Assembly (NCBI GenBank): GCA_013289265.1
Contig: JABDAH010000004.1
Location: forward strand, 9,153-73,152
Length of the DNA: 64,000 nucleotides
Direction: 5' to 3'
DNA from: Alphaproteobacteria bacterium
GTDB taxonomy: Bacteria; Pseudomonadota; Alphaproteobacteria; UBA9219
The position numbers and the translations under genes were made by a program. The notes beneath the pieces are model-generated. The model was given only the letters and a program-made list of their open reading frames with translations, was not told where the DNA came from and searched no databases. Of this stretch, positions 1-8,879 are shown in pieces (position 1 is the stretch's first letter; the number at the start of each line of letters is the position of its first letter).

Positions 1-916
1 CTGCCGCCAGCAGGTAAGCCTGCTTGTAATCATGAGCCATCATCATGCGGCGGACCATAATTTCGCGCTGTGTCCACCAGGCTTCCGCCTTGCCTAAATT
101 ATCCGGCGCGTGATTGAGAATATCGATGGCCGCGTCATCCATATTATTGTGTACACGCCAACGCAGCCTTTCATATTGCAGCCCCGCATCGCTTTGCAGC
201 ATGCCGGGCACGCGGCTGACAAAGGCGTCCGCATTCGGATTTTGGTTGGCCAGAGCCAGTCGCGCATCGGCGAGAGCCTTGACGCCGTCATCAACATAAC
301 TATACATCCGACGCGCGCCGGTGCTGTCATTCTTCCATAGGAGGCGGTCAAGGCGGGCGCGGTCAGCATCCGCATCCAGAAAACGCGCATAACGCGAATG
401 GAATGCGCCGAGTTCATCGCTGCCGAAATCACCGTCAACCCAGCGGGCACGAACCTGCTGGGCCTCACCCTGATTTTGCCCGGTTGCTTCCAGCGCATCC
501 GCATAGCGATAAAAACCCGCTGTTGAGACGGGCGGGTGGGCATTGAACCAGGCAATGACCTGATCCGGCGATGTTGTGGTTGGGATTTTCTGTTCGGCTA
601 TAGCAATAACGCCCTTCAGACCGGGCCAGTCTGGATTGGTAGCAATAAAGCTAGACATATCGCCAAAAGGAATATCGTTGCCGGGCTGGGCCATATAATT
701 GGCACGAATGATTTTATTTAAAACCGGATCATGCCCGCGGGCATAGGTCATGGCCTCGTCCACATGGCCTTTATCCAGCGCCTTAAAGGCACGGCGATAA
801 TTATCGGCCTCAGTCGCGACCGCAGGTTTGGCCGGAGCCTTTTTGGCCTGCGCCAAACCGCAGGATAAACCGGTAAACAGCAAAATCAGGACAAAGAGGC
901 GGGCAATCTGTTTCAT
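1..916 (-). CDS. Soluble lytic murein transglycosylase (Slt-like), N-terminal part; the gene runs off the window start
   Basis: Not in the ORF track because it has no stop in the window. My translation from ATG at 916 gives MKQIARLFVLILLFTGLSCGLAQA (signal peptide), then a helical repeat region with FIATNPDWPGL, typical of the N-terminal domain of alphaproteobacterial Slt proteins. The catalytic SLT domain would lie outside the window. Confidence 0.6.
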   Translation of the reverse strand, partial: MKQIARLFVLILLFTGLSCGLAQAKKAPAKPAVATEADNYRRAFKALDKGHVDEAMTYARGHDPVLNKIIRANYMAQPGNDIPFGDMSSFIATNPDWPGLKGVIAIAEQKIPTTTSPDQVIAWFNAHPPVSTAGFYRYADALEATGQNQGEAQQVRARWVDGDFGSDELGAFHSRYARFLDADADRARLDRLLWKNDSTGARRMYSYVDDGVKALADARLALANQNPNADAFVSRVPGMLQSDAGLQYERLRWRVHNNMDDAAIDILNHAPDNLGKAEAWWTQREIMVRRMMMAHDYKQAYLLAA

Positions 917-1015
917 GGCGGAGGATTTAACAGGTTTTTCCCCAAGCGTCACCCCGCCTTACGCTCCTTTAACGCAAATGTTGTGAGGCTTATATATGTA
1001 GGCTAAATCTACCCT

Positions 1016-1501
1016 ATGACCGATAAAGCAAAAGAACGCGCATTGGCGCAGCGCTATGTAGCGATGAACCGCAAGGCAAGGCATGACTACTTCATCACCG
1101 ATACGGTTGAAGCAGGTATTGTGCTGGTCGGAACGGAAGTGAAGTCATTGCGTACGGGGCAGGCCAGCATTCAGGAATCTTTCGCAGGCCCCAAAGACGG
1201 CACCCTGTTCCTTATCAACGCCTATATCCCGGAATATAAACAGGCGGGTACCCATCTGCAGCATGAAACAAGACGCCCGCGCGCTTTGCTGTTGCATAAG
1301 CGGGAGCGCGACAAACTAATGGGGGCGGTCAAGCGCGAGGGCATGACCCTCGTGCCGCTCGGTATTTATTTCAACAAGCGCGGTATTGCCAAGGTCGAAA
1401 TCGGCCTTGCCAAAGGCAAGCACAAGGCAGACAAGCGCGAAGCGATTAAAGAACGTGACTGGAAACGCGACAAGGCGCGGCTGATGCGGGATAAGGGGTA
1501 A
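1016..1501 (+). CDS. smpB: SsrA-binding protein SmpB
   Basis: 161 aa with [10 protein letters not shown]...[13 protein letters not shown] and a basic C-terminal tail, the canonical SmpB pattern. Confidence 0.95.
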   Translation: MTDKAKERALAQRYVAMNRKARHDYFITDTVEAGIVLVGTEVKSLRTGQASIQESFAGPKDGTLFLINAYIPEYKQAGTHLQHETRRPRALLLHKRERDKLMGAVKREGMTLVPLGIYFNKRGIAKVEIGLAKGKHKADKREAIKERDWKRDKARLMRDKG

Positions 1502-1504
1502 TTT
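1476..1504. repeat. Direct repeat copy 1 (CGCGGCTGATGCGGGATAAGGGGTAATTT), the genuine 3' end of smpB
   Basis: 26 of 29 nt identical to 2409-2437. Confidence 0.85.
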
Positions 1505-2417
1505 GAAAGCAACAGTCCTACATAACCCTATAGTAGCAGTATGTTTGGCGACAGCAGGATTTTTTGCTTTTTCAGTCAGCGACGCGTTGACACGTATTAT
1601 GGTCAATACTGGGGCGAGTGTTTTTTTTGTGGCGGGCGTGTTTCAATTGGTGGCGTTGATTTGTCTGTTGCTGGTCAATAAACCTCTTGGAGGTTTGGTA
1701 AGTGCAGTAAGATCTCGGCAAAAACATTTGCATTTGTTAAGAGGCATACTCATCGCAATGTTAGTGCCTATGAACGTTTATGCATTTTCCCGGTTACCCT
1801 TCGCATTCACCTATACGCTTTTATTCACTGGGGCGTTTTGGGCCATTTTGTTGTCCCGTCCATTGACGGGTGAGCATATTCCTATAAGTAAAATGGTGGC
1901 TGTTGTCAGTGGATTTATGGGCGCGATTGTTGTGTTGCGCCCATGGGGTGGTGAGTTCGAGTGGCGTATGCTTATTCCACTTTGTTCGGCCTTTTTCTTT
2001 GCCGTCGAATCCATGATTGCTCGACGTTTCGGCAAAAGTGAAACGCCACTTTCTCTGGCAATTTATCCGTGTGTGTGTTGCGTCATGTTAATGACCGCAT
2101 TAAGTATTGGAGCTACTGGGTTTTCGTTTCCAATCATTCAACAAGCTGGGATCTTTGTCGTTGGGGGCATAATGATGGGTATTGGATTCTTATGTGTACC
2201 GCTGGCGTTCCGATATGGAAGTGCCGTGGTCGTTGGCCCTTTTCATTATACGCAGTTAATTTGGGCGGCCATTCTGGGTGCTATTCTGTTTAAAGAGACG
2301 CCCGATCAATGGACGCTTGTTGGCGGAGCTATTATCGCCATTAGCGGTCTGTTCGTTTTGTTGCAATCAAAAAACCGGCGCTTGCAGAATAATGTCTTAC
2401 CATTAAAACGCGGTTGA
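1503..2417 (+). CDS. EamA/DMT-family transporter (10-TM permease)
   Basis: 304 aa, about 10 hydrophobic segments in two halves, typical of the drug/metabolite transporter (EamA) superfamily. TTG start lies 1 nt after the smpB stop. Visibly AT-richer than its neighbours. Confidence 0.75.
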   Translation: MKATVLHNPIVAVCLATAGFFAFSVSDALTRIMVNTGASVFFVAGVFQLVALICLLLVNKPLGGLVSAVRSRQKHLHLLRGILIAMLVPMNVYAFSRLPFAFTYTLLFTGAFWAILLSRPLTGEHIPISKMVAVVSGFMGAIVVLRPWGGEFEWRMLIPLCSAFFFAVESMIARRFGKSETPLSLAIYPCVCCVMLMTALSIGATGFSFPIIQQAGIFVVGGIMMGIGFLCVPLAFRYGSAVVVGPFHYTQLIWAAILGAILFKETPDQWTLVGGAIIAISGLFVLLQSKNRRLQNNVLPLKRG

Positions 2418-2437
2418 TGCGAGATAAGGGGTAATAT
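2409..2437. repeat. Direct repeat copy 2 (CGCGGTTGATGCGAGATAAGGGGTAATAT), a duplicate of the smpB 3' end
   Basis: 26 of 29 nt identical to 1476-1504. In the smpB frame it still reads RLMRDKG-stop. It contains the stop codon of the EamA gene. Confidence 0.85.
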
Positions 2438-2445
2438 TCATTGCA

Positions 2446-2988
2446 ATGTTCCGAGCTTTCCCCCTTTTCAAGCGACCCTCGCTAAAACTGAGTGGTGATG
2501 CCTATGTCGCTGGTGATACTTTATTACTGCTGATTGGCGGCGTCGGTTCATCCTGGAATCAGATTTTAGGCGCAGCACTTTTTCTGATGGCGGCGCTGAT
2601 CATGAGCCGTCGCGGTGATGACGGTTATTGGTTTGAGATTGCAAGCGGCCTTGCTATGCCGGCCATTCTTTTTACCAATCTGGATGAACTGCTGGCCGGG
2701 TTGATTCCGACTATTATCGGTACCTGTCTTTATCTGACCTCCGAAACCATGGGTGTGCTGAACAAGCCGTTGACGCGTCTATTTACCAATCACGATCATT
2801 TTTTTCTGCGCACGACACTGGGAACGTCGCGCGCGTGGATGGGGATTTTTTCGTTCAGCAGCAAGCTTTGTATGATCATCGATGCCGTTCTTTATCGTCA
2901 CTGGGGCATGCTGACGGTGCTGTTGCTTTGGTCTTTGGGCGATTTGCTAACGGGCGTATCGCAGGTGCGGCTTAATCACGCCAAATAA
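2446..2988 (+). CDS. Hypothetical integral membrane protein
   Basis: 180 aa with about 5 hydrophobic helices and no motif I recognise. Its 3' end overlaps the convergent gene by 13 nt. Confidence 0.45.
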   Translation: MFRAFPLFKRPSLKLSGDAYVAGDTLLLLIGGVGSSWNQILGAALFLMAALIMSRRGDDGYWFEIASGLAMPAILFTNLDELLAGLIPTIIGTCLYLTSETMGVLNKPLTRLFTNHDHFFLRTTLGTSRAWMGIFSFSSKLCMIIDAVLYRHWGMLTVLLLWSLGDLLTGVSQVRLNHAK

Positions 2989-3719
2989 TCATGAAGCACC
3001 CGTCCATAAGGCAGCGTGAAATCGACGATCATATGCCTGCCGCCGATGATGCGCTTGATCGGCAGGTCCGCTACGCGGCAATTCACATGCGGGATGAGAT
3101 GCAGACGGGCAGGGCCATCCCATGCGCCGTGCACAACGACATCTTGCAGGTTATAGCCAACTAACTGCGCAATCTTTGGTTTGCCATCGACATCGGGGAT
3201 CAATTTCAGATTGATATTCAGTTTTTCGATGCCCTTCTTCACATCAGCCAGGTTTTTCTCAAGGCTGGTATATTTGTAGGTCATGGTGCCGAGCGCAACC
3301 CGCTGCTTGTCATAATGCAACGTTCCCGTAAGGGTGTCTTTTTCGACGGCCATATGTGGCACGCCGTATTTTTTGGGGAAGCCCCAGATTTCACGCCCTG
3401 CCGTGATCGGCGGTTCATCGTCCAGATACATCTGTACTGAAAAATTGCAGGGCTCACCTTTGTACAAAGCCTGAATGCCGCTGCCGCTTTCCTCATAATC
3501 ACCGAAACCGGAACTGTCCGGCATATTCATCCATTCAAAATAACAAAGGTTACCGGGCGCGGGTTCCAGCCCTTCAGGCAGGGCCTGCCGGATAGCGTCA
3601 TATTCTGTTTCGTAAGTGACGATCAGATATTCGCGGCGTTTGAAAAAATAGGGTCCCGCCGGATAACTGGGGCTGAAGGCCGGCATCGAATGGGTTGCGA
3701 GAATTTCATCGCGGGTCAT
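2976..3719 (-). CDS. Acetoacetate decarboxylase (ADC) family protein
   Basis: 247 aa. The pattern [29 protein letters not shown]/E...EIWGFPKK matches the ADC family fold. Confidence 0.8.
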   Translation of the reverse strand: [247 protein letters not shown]

Positions 3720-3728
3720 TTATGTCTC

Positions 3729-5336
3729 CTAATGTTTCAGCGGTTCCAGACTGAGGGCGGCGGCGAGCAGGGCTTTGGTATAATCTTGCTGCGGCTTGGC
3801 AAACAGCGCTGCCGCAGGTCCTTGCTCCACAGCAAGGCCATCTTTCATTACCACGACATAATGAGACAATGCTTTTACGACACGCAGATCGTGGCTGATG
3901 AACATATAGCTGAGGCCATGCTTGCGTTGCAGGTCGCGCAGCAGGTCCACAATCTGGGCTTGCACCGACATATCCAGCGCGGACGTAGGCTCGTCCAGCA
4001 CAACAAATTTGGGCTTCAGGATAATGGCGCGGGCAATAGAAATACGCTGGCGCTGGCCGCCGGAAAACTCATGTGGATAACGGTCGCGGGTCAAGGGGTC
4101 GAGGCCGACTTCGTTCAGCGCATCTGTCACACGTTGGGTGCGCTCTGATTTCGACAAATCCGGCTGATGAATATCGAGCCCTTCGGCGATGATGTCGCCA
4201 ATCGACATGCGTGGGCTGAGGCTGCCGAACGGGTCCTGAAACACAATTTGCATCGAACGGCGGAAAGGACGCAGTTCTTTTTGGTGCAGGCCGTTCAGTG
4301 GTTGCCCCATAAATACAATCGTGCCGGTGGAAGGCAGTAATCGCAGAATAGCTAGACCCAAGGTTGTTTTACCAGAACCCGACTCGCCGACGATACCGAC
4401 GGTTTGCCCCGCCTTAATCGCAAATGAAACGCCGTCTACGGCACGGACGACATCAACTACCTTGCGCATTAATCCCTTCTTGATCGGGAAATGCACTTTT
4501 AAATCTTCGACGCGCAGAATTTCTTCGGCATCTGTTTGTATTGTCAGCGCATCGCCTTTGGGTTCCGCCGCCAGCAGCATTTTTGTATAGGCATGTTGCG
4601 GTTTGGCAAAAATATCGGCGACAACAGCCTGTTCGACAATTTCGCCTTTCTGCATCACGGCGACTTTGTCAGCCACTTTTCGCACGATATTGAGATCGTG
4701 CGTGATCAGCAAAAGCGCCATGCCCAGCCGTTGCTGCAAATCTTTCAGGAGCTTCAGAATTTGCGCCTGAATGGTGACATCCAGCGCCGTTGTCGGCTCA
4801 TCCGCTATCAGCAGGGCTGGATCGTTGGCGAGAGCCATTGCGATCATCACACGCTGGCGCTGGCCACCGGAAAGTTCATGCGGATAAGCATTCAGGCGCT
4901 GTTCAGCCTGGGGCAGGGCGACGAGATGCAGAAGTTCCAATGTGCGCGCGCGTGCCTGGGCTTCGTTCATGTGTTTGTGAATGAACAAAACTTCGCTGAT
5001 CTGTTTGCCGATTGTGTGCAGCGGATTGAGCGATGTCATCGGTTCCTGAAAAACCATCGCGATACGGTTGCCGCGAATGCCGCGAAGGGTTTTTTCCGAA
5101 GCGTTGACGAGTTCCTGCCCCTCAAACTGAATGCTGCCATTGGGGTGATGGGCATTGGGGTAGGGCAGTAATTGCAAGATGGATAAAGCAGTGACTGATT
5201 TGCCGGAACCGCTTTCGCCAACCAGCGCCATCGTCTCGCCGCGTTCGATGCAAAAGGAGACATTGCGGACGGCATCAAATTTTTTGGCGCCGTAACCAAA
5301 AGCGACACTGAGATTATCGACTTTAAGTAGCGTCAT
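3729..5336 (-). CDS. yejF: ABC transporter, fused double ATPase (YejF-type peptide/microcin importer)
   Basis: 535 aa with two Walker A motifs ([16 protein letters not shown]) and two LSGGQRQR signatures. Overlaps yejE by 4 nt. Confidence 0.85.
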   Translation of the reverse strand: MTLLKVDNLSVAFGYGAKKFDAVRNVSFCIERGETMALVGESGSGKSVTALSILQLLPYPNAHHPNGSIQFEGQELVNASEKTLRGIRGNRIAMVFQEPMTSLNPLHTIGKQISEVLFIHKHMNEAQARARTLELLHLVALPQAEQRLNAYPHELSGGQRQRVMIAMALANDPALLIADEPTTALDVTIQAQILKLLKDLQQRLGMALLLITHDLNIVRKVADKVAVMQKGEIVEQAVVADIFAKPQHAYTKMLLAAEPKGDALTIQTDAEEILRVEDLKVHFPIKKGLMRKVVDVVRAVDGVSFAIKAGQTVGIVGESGSGKTTLGLAILRLLPSTGTIVFMGQPLNGLHQKELRPFRRSMQIVFQDPFGSLSPRMSIGDIIAEGLDIHQPDLSKSERTQRVTDALNEVGLDPLTRDRYPHEFSGGQRQRISIARAIILKPKFVVLDEPTSALDMSVQAQIVDLLRDLQRKHGLSYMFISHDLRVVKALSHYVVVMKDGLAVEQGPAAALFAKPQQDYTKALLAAALSLEPLKH

Positions 5337-6367
5337 TTGTGATTGCCCTGAATCTTGCGGGGGTCAAAGGCATCGCGCACCGCCTCACCGATGAAAATGA
5401 GGAGCGTCAGCATCAGAGCCAGAACGCAGAAAGCGCTGATGCCCAGCCATACGGCCTGCAGATTGTTTTTGCCCTGATTGAGCAACTCGCCAAGCGAGGG
5501 AGAGCCGGGGGGTAAACCGAAGCCAAGAAAATCCAAAGCGGTGAGTGTGGTAATGGAATGGTTCAGAATAAACGGCATGAATGTCAATGTCGCGACCATG
5601 GCGTTGGGCAAGACATGCTTGAACATGATGGTGATATCGCCAGCGCCCAGTGCCTTGGCGGCGCGGACATAATCAAAATTGCGCGCACGCAGAAATTCAG
5701 CGCGCACGACATGAACCAGTGACATCCACGAAAACAGCAGCATCAGGATCAGCAGCCACCAGAAATTCGGCTGCACGAGGCTCGCCATAATAATGAGGAG
5801 GTAGAGCACCGGCATACCGCCCCATATCTCGATAAAACGCTGCATCAGTAAGTCAGTCATGCCCCCGAAATAACCCTGTACTGCACCTGCAGCGATGCCG
5901 ATAACGGATGACAATAAAGTTAGCGTCAGTCCGAAAAGGACCGAAATACGAAAGCCGTAGATAATGCGGGCCAAAACATCTCGCCCCTGATCGTCCGTGC
6001 CAAACCAGTTTTCTTTATCCGGCGGCGACGGTGCCGGTTGCGATAAATTGTAATTAATCGTGTTGTAAGAATAGGGGATCAGTGGCCAGAGCATCCAGCC
6101 CTTGGCTTCGATCAATTTCCGCACATAAGGGTCGCGGTATTTGGCTTCGGTTTCAAACTCGCCGCCGAATTTGGTTTCGGGATAAGTGGCGAAGACAGGC
6201 GCATAATAATGCCCATCAAATTTGATAAGTAAGGGACTGTCATTGGCAACAAATTCAGCGAACAATGTCACGCTAAACAGTAGAAGAAAAATCCAAAGCG
6301 ACCAGAAACCGCGCTTGTTGGCCTTGAAATTGGCCCAGCGGCGTTGATTAAGAGGCGACAGCTTCAT
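5333..6367 (-). CDS. yejE: ABC peptide transporter permease (YejE-type)
   Basis: 344 aa. BPD-type permease with the N-terminal periplasmic loop typical of the OppC/YejE family. Confidence 0.8.
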   Translation of the reverse strand: MKLSPLNQRRWANFKANKRGFWSLWIFLLLFSVTLFAEFVANDSPLLIKFDGHYYAPVFATYPETKFGGEFETEAKYRDPYVRKLIEAKGWMLWPLIPYSYNTINYNLSQPAPSPPDKENWFGTDDQGRDVLARIIYGFRISVLFGLTLTLLSSVIGIAAGAVQGYFGGMTDLLMQRFIEIWGGMPVLYLLIIMASLVQPNFWWLLILMLLFSWMSLVHVVRAEFLRARNFDYVRAAKALGAGDITIMFKHVLPNAMVATLTFMPFILNHSITTLTALDFLGFGLPPGSPSLGELLNQGKNNLQAVWLGISAFCVLALMLTLLIFIGEAVRDAFDPRKIQGNHK

Positions 6368-7479
6368 GATCCACGCGCCTCGAAATCAATGCGTGGGTCG
6401 GTAGCCACATAGGCAAGATCGCCGATCAAATTCATTACAAGACCGAGCAGGGTAAAGAAATAAAGCGTGCCAAACATGACGGGATAGTCGCGGTTAATGG
6501 CGCTCTCAAACCCCAGCAAGCCCATGCCGTCGAGTGAGAATATGACCTCGATGAGGAGGGAGCCCGTAAACAGGATGGAAATAAACGCACCCGGGAATCC
6601 GGCAATGACAATCAGCATCGCATTGCGGAACACATGGCCGTAAAGGACGCGGCTTTCTTTCAGGCCTTTGGCGCGGGCCGTCAGGACATATTGTTTGTTG
6701 ATTTCATCGAGAAAAGAATTTTTCGTCAGCATCGTAAGACTTGCAAAACCACCAATAACCATTGCCGTGACGGGCAGGGTGATGTGCCAGAAGTAGTCCA
6801 GAATACGGTGCGGCCAGTCCATATCCGACCAATTGTCAGAGACCAGGCCGCGCAAGGGGAACCACTCAAAATATCGCCCGCCTGCGAAGACCACGATCAG
6901 CAGAACCGCGAACAGGAAACTGGGAATGGCATAACCCGCGATAATCACCGCGCTCGTCCAGATATCAAAATTGGTGCCGTCTTTCACGGCCTTCCGGATG
7001 CCAAGTGGTATGGAAATGAAATAGACGATAAAAGTTGTCCAGAGACCAATCGAAATCGATACCGGCATTTTGCTGATGACGAGGTGAAAAACACTTTCAT
7101 CCCGGAAATAGGATTTGCCGAAATCAAAACGCGCATAGTTCCAGATCATCAGGCCGAAGCGCTTGTAAAGCGGTTGGTCAAAGCCGAACTGATGTTCCAA
7201 CTCCTTGATCAGTTCCGGGTCCACGCCTTGTGCGCCGGGGTAATGTGATGTCGCCGATGCATCGCTGGCTCTCATTTGCTGGCCGCCGGGCATGGCAGTT
7301 TCACCAGCGGCAGAACCGCCAAAACGAGCGGTGGCGGCTACATCCGTGCCGTGAAGCTTGGCGACAATCTGTTCAATCGGGCCGCCGGGCGCCGCCTGCA
7401 CGATCAAAAAGTTAAGCACCATGATGCCGAACAAGGTCGGTATAATGAACATTAGGCGGCGGAGGATGTATGCTAGCAT
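6364..7479 (-). CDS. yejB: ABC peptide transporter permease (YejB-type)
   Basis: I start at the ATG at 7479 ([24 protein letters not shown]), the canonical OppB/YejB N-terminus. The 51-codon extension in the ORF track has non-protein-like composition. Confidence 0.8.
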   Translation of the reverse strand: MLAYILRRLMFIIPTLFGIMVLNFLIVQAAPGGPIEQIVAKLHGTDVAATARFGGSAAGETAMPGGQQMRASDASATSHYPGAQGVDPELIKELEHQFGFDQPLYKRFGLMIWNYARFDFGKSYFRDESVFHLVISKMPVSISIGLWTTFIVYFISIPLGIRKAVKDGTNFDIWTSAVIIAGYAIPSFLFAVLLIVVFAGGRYFEWFPLRGLVSDNWSDMDWPHRILDYFWHITLPVTAMVIGGFASLTMLTKNSFLDEINKQYVLTARAKGLKESRVLYGHVFRNAMLIVIAGFPGAFISILFTGSLLIEVIFSLDGMGLLGFESAINRDYPVMFGTLYFFTLLGLVMNLIGDLAYVATDPRIDFEARGS

Positions 7480-7561
7480 GGGGTGGACATTAAAGAGGGT
7501 AAGTGATTTGTTCAACCTAGAGATTTGCGATAGAATATTACTGTGACGCGAAAGGACTAAA

Positions 7562-7756
7562 ATGACCGATATGCTCAACGCCCGCCGCGCGGATCCTCGA
7601 CTTTTAGAGATTCTGGTTTGTCCGGTGACCAAGGAACCGTTGCGCTATGATGCCGCCAGGCAGGAACTGGTCAGCGATAAAGCAGGGCTCGCTTTCCCTA
7701 TTCGCGAGGGTATTCCCATTATGCTGGTTGATGAAGCGCGGAAAATCGATGCCTGA
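7562..7756 (+). CDS. Trm112/UPF0434 family small protein
   Basis: 64 aa with [14 protein letters not shown]...[10 protein letters not shown], characteristic of the Trm112/YcaR family. Confidence 0.8.
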   Translation: MTDMLNARRADPRLLEILVCPVTKEPLRYDAARQELVSDKAGLAFPIREGIPIMLVDEARKIDA

Positions 7757-8195
7757 TTTTATGCAGCTTGCTTTTGTGGAAGCCGAGGACGCCGCCAAGC
7801 GCGGCGAGGTGCCCGTCGGCGCGGTTCTGGTCTCCCCTAAGGGTGATGTGTTGGCGCGTACTGGCAATCGTACCGAGGAATTTGGCGATCCAACAGCGCA
7901 TGCCGAAATGCTGGTGATACGCGAAGCCGGGAAGGTTTTGTCTTCGCCGCGCCTGATTGATTGTGATCTTTACGTGACGTTAGAGCCCTGCGCCATGTGT
8001 GCGGCCGCCATCAGTTTTGCGCGCCTGCGCCGGGTTTATTTCGCAGCTTACGATCCGAAAGGCGGCGCCGTCGATCACGGCCCGCGCTTTTTCAGTCAGC
8101 CCACTTGCCACCATGCGCCAGAAGTTATCGGTGGTATGGATGAGCAAAAAGCGAGTGATTTACTGAAGCGATTTTTTGCGGAGAAGCGTGAGTAA
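7749..8195 (+). CDS. tadA: tRNA adenosine(34) deaminase TadA
   Basis: Starts at ATG 7749 (MPDFMQLAF...). Has the HAE and PCAMC zinc motifs of CDA-fold deaminases. Overlaps the Trm112 stop. Confidence 0.9.
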   Translation: MPDFMQLAFVEAEDAAKRGEVPVGAVLVSPKGDVLARTGNRTEEFGDPTAHAEMLVIREAGKVLSSPRLIDCDLYVTLEPCAMCAAAISFARLRRVYFAAYDPKGGAVDHGPRFFSQPTCHHAPEVIGGMDEQKASDLLKRFFAEKRE

Positions 8196-8197
8196 AA

Positions 8198-8872
8198 ATG
8201 CAAAAGACTGTTCTTTTAAATGATGCAGCTGTTGTGGCAATTCCAATTCATGAGAATAAGGAGCCTATGATCGATTTGCGGGAACAGCAATTAATTCAAT
8301 ATGGCCCGTCGCCTGAAATTGATAACAACCAATGTTATACATACCTAAGATCGGGCCTTTATGAGTTGTTGTGCAAAGCGCAGGAACGATTGCCAGATGG
8401 GTTGCGGTTATGTGTTTATGAGGGATGGAGAAGTTTGGAGCTACAACAAAAATTGTTTGATGACAGATTTAACGTTTTAAAAAAAGACTTTAGCAATTGG
8501 ACTTACGAAAAACTATTCTGGGAAACTTGTAGACTGGTGTCGCCCGTTATTTTATTGGACGGTAGTAGGAACGTTTTTCCACATTCTACCGGTGGTGCCG
8601 TTGATATATATCTGATCGATCAAGATGATAATTTAATCGATATGGGGCTGTCGGTTGCAAATTGGTTCGATGATATAGATGGGGGCTTATCGGTTACCGA
8701 TAGTGTAAAAATATCTCCACTTACATTGAAAAATCGTCAGCTAATGTCACAAGCTTTAACGGCTGTGGGGTTGGTCAACTATCCTAATGAATATTGGCAC
8801 TGGTCATATGGCGATCGATATTGGGCGTATATAACCCACAATTCGACTGCTTTTTACGGTGCGGTTGATTAA
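8198..8872 (+). CDS. D-alanyl-D-alanine dipeptidase (VanX/DdpX, peptidase M15D)
   Basis: 224 aa with HSTGGAVD (zinc His/Asp motif) and EYWHW (catalytic Glu and zinc His, equivalent to EWWH in VanX). A hand-counted 120-nt sample is 41% GC, against 56% in adjacent purD. Confidence 0.75.
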   Translation: MQKTVLLNDAAVVAIPIHENKEPMIDLREQQLIQYGPSPEIDNNQCYTYLRSGLYELLCKAQERLPDGLRLCVYEGWRSLELQQKLFDDRFNVLKKDFSNWTYEKLFWETCRLVSPVILLDGSRNVFPHSTGGAVDIYLIDQDDNLIDMGLSVANWFDDIDGGLSVTDSVKISPLTLKNRQLMSQALTAVGLVNYPNEYWHWSYGDRYWAYITHNSTAFYGAVD

Positions 8873-8879
8873 GCGGGTA

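Noticed and set aside
94-555. Three ORFs at the left edge of the ORF track: 94-555 (-), 110-340 (+) and 114-299 (+).
   Set aside because: They are out of frame with the open Slt-like reading frame, which runs from ATG 916 through the window start. That frame gives a sensible signal peptide and helical-repeat protein. The listed ORFs have Met/Arg-rich junk composition.
731-744. A perfect 14-bp palindrome, ATGCCCGCGGGCAT, inside the Slt-like gene. It resembles one arm of the prmA element.
   Set aside because: It is only 14 nt long, has no loop or flanking arms, and encodes an ordinary ARGH stretch in frame. It is probably coincidence. It would become interesting only if a genome-wide search links it to the element family.
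7480-7632. N-terminal extensions proposed by the ORF track for yejB (to 7632), purD (to 10232), tadA (from 7647), pmbA (to 17518), the methyltransferase (to 29469), GT4 (from 30207), the membrane protein (to 39748) and the ABC-2 permease (to 47196).
   Set aside because: The extensions use rare starts and have non-protein-like composition. They overlap neighbouring genes or the palindromic element. Internal ATGs reproduce the canonical family N-termini.
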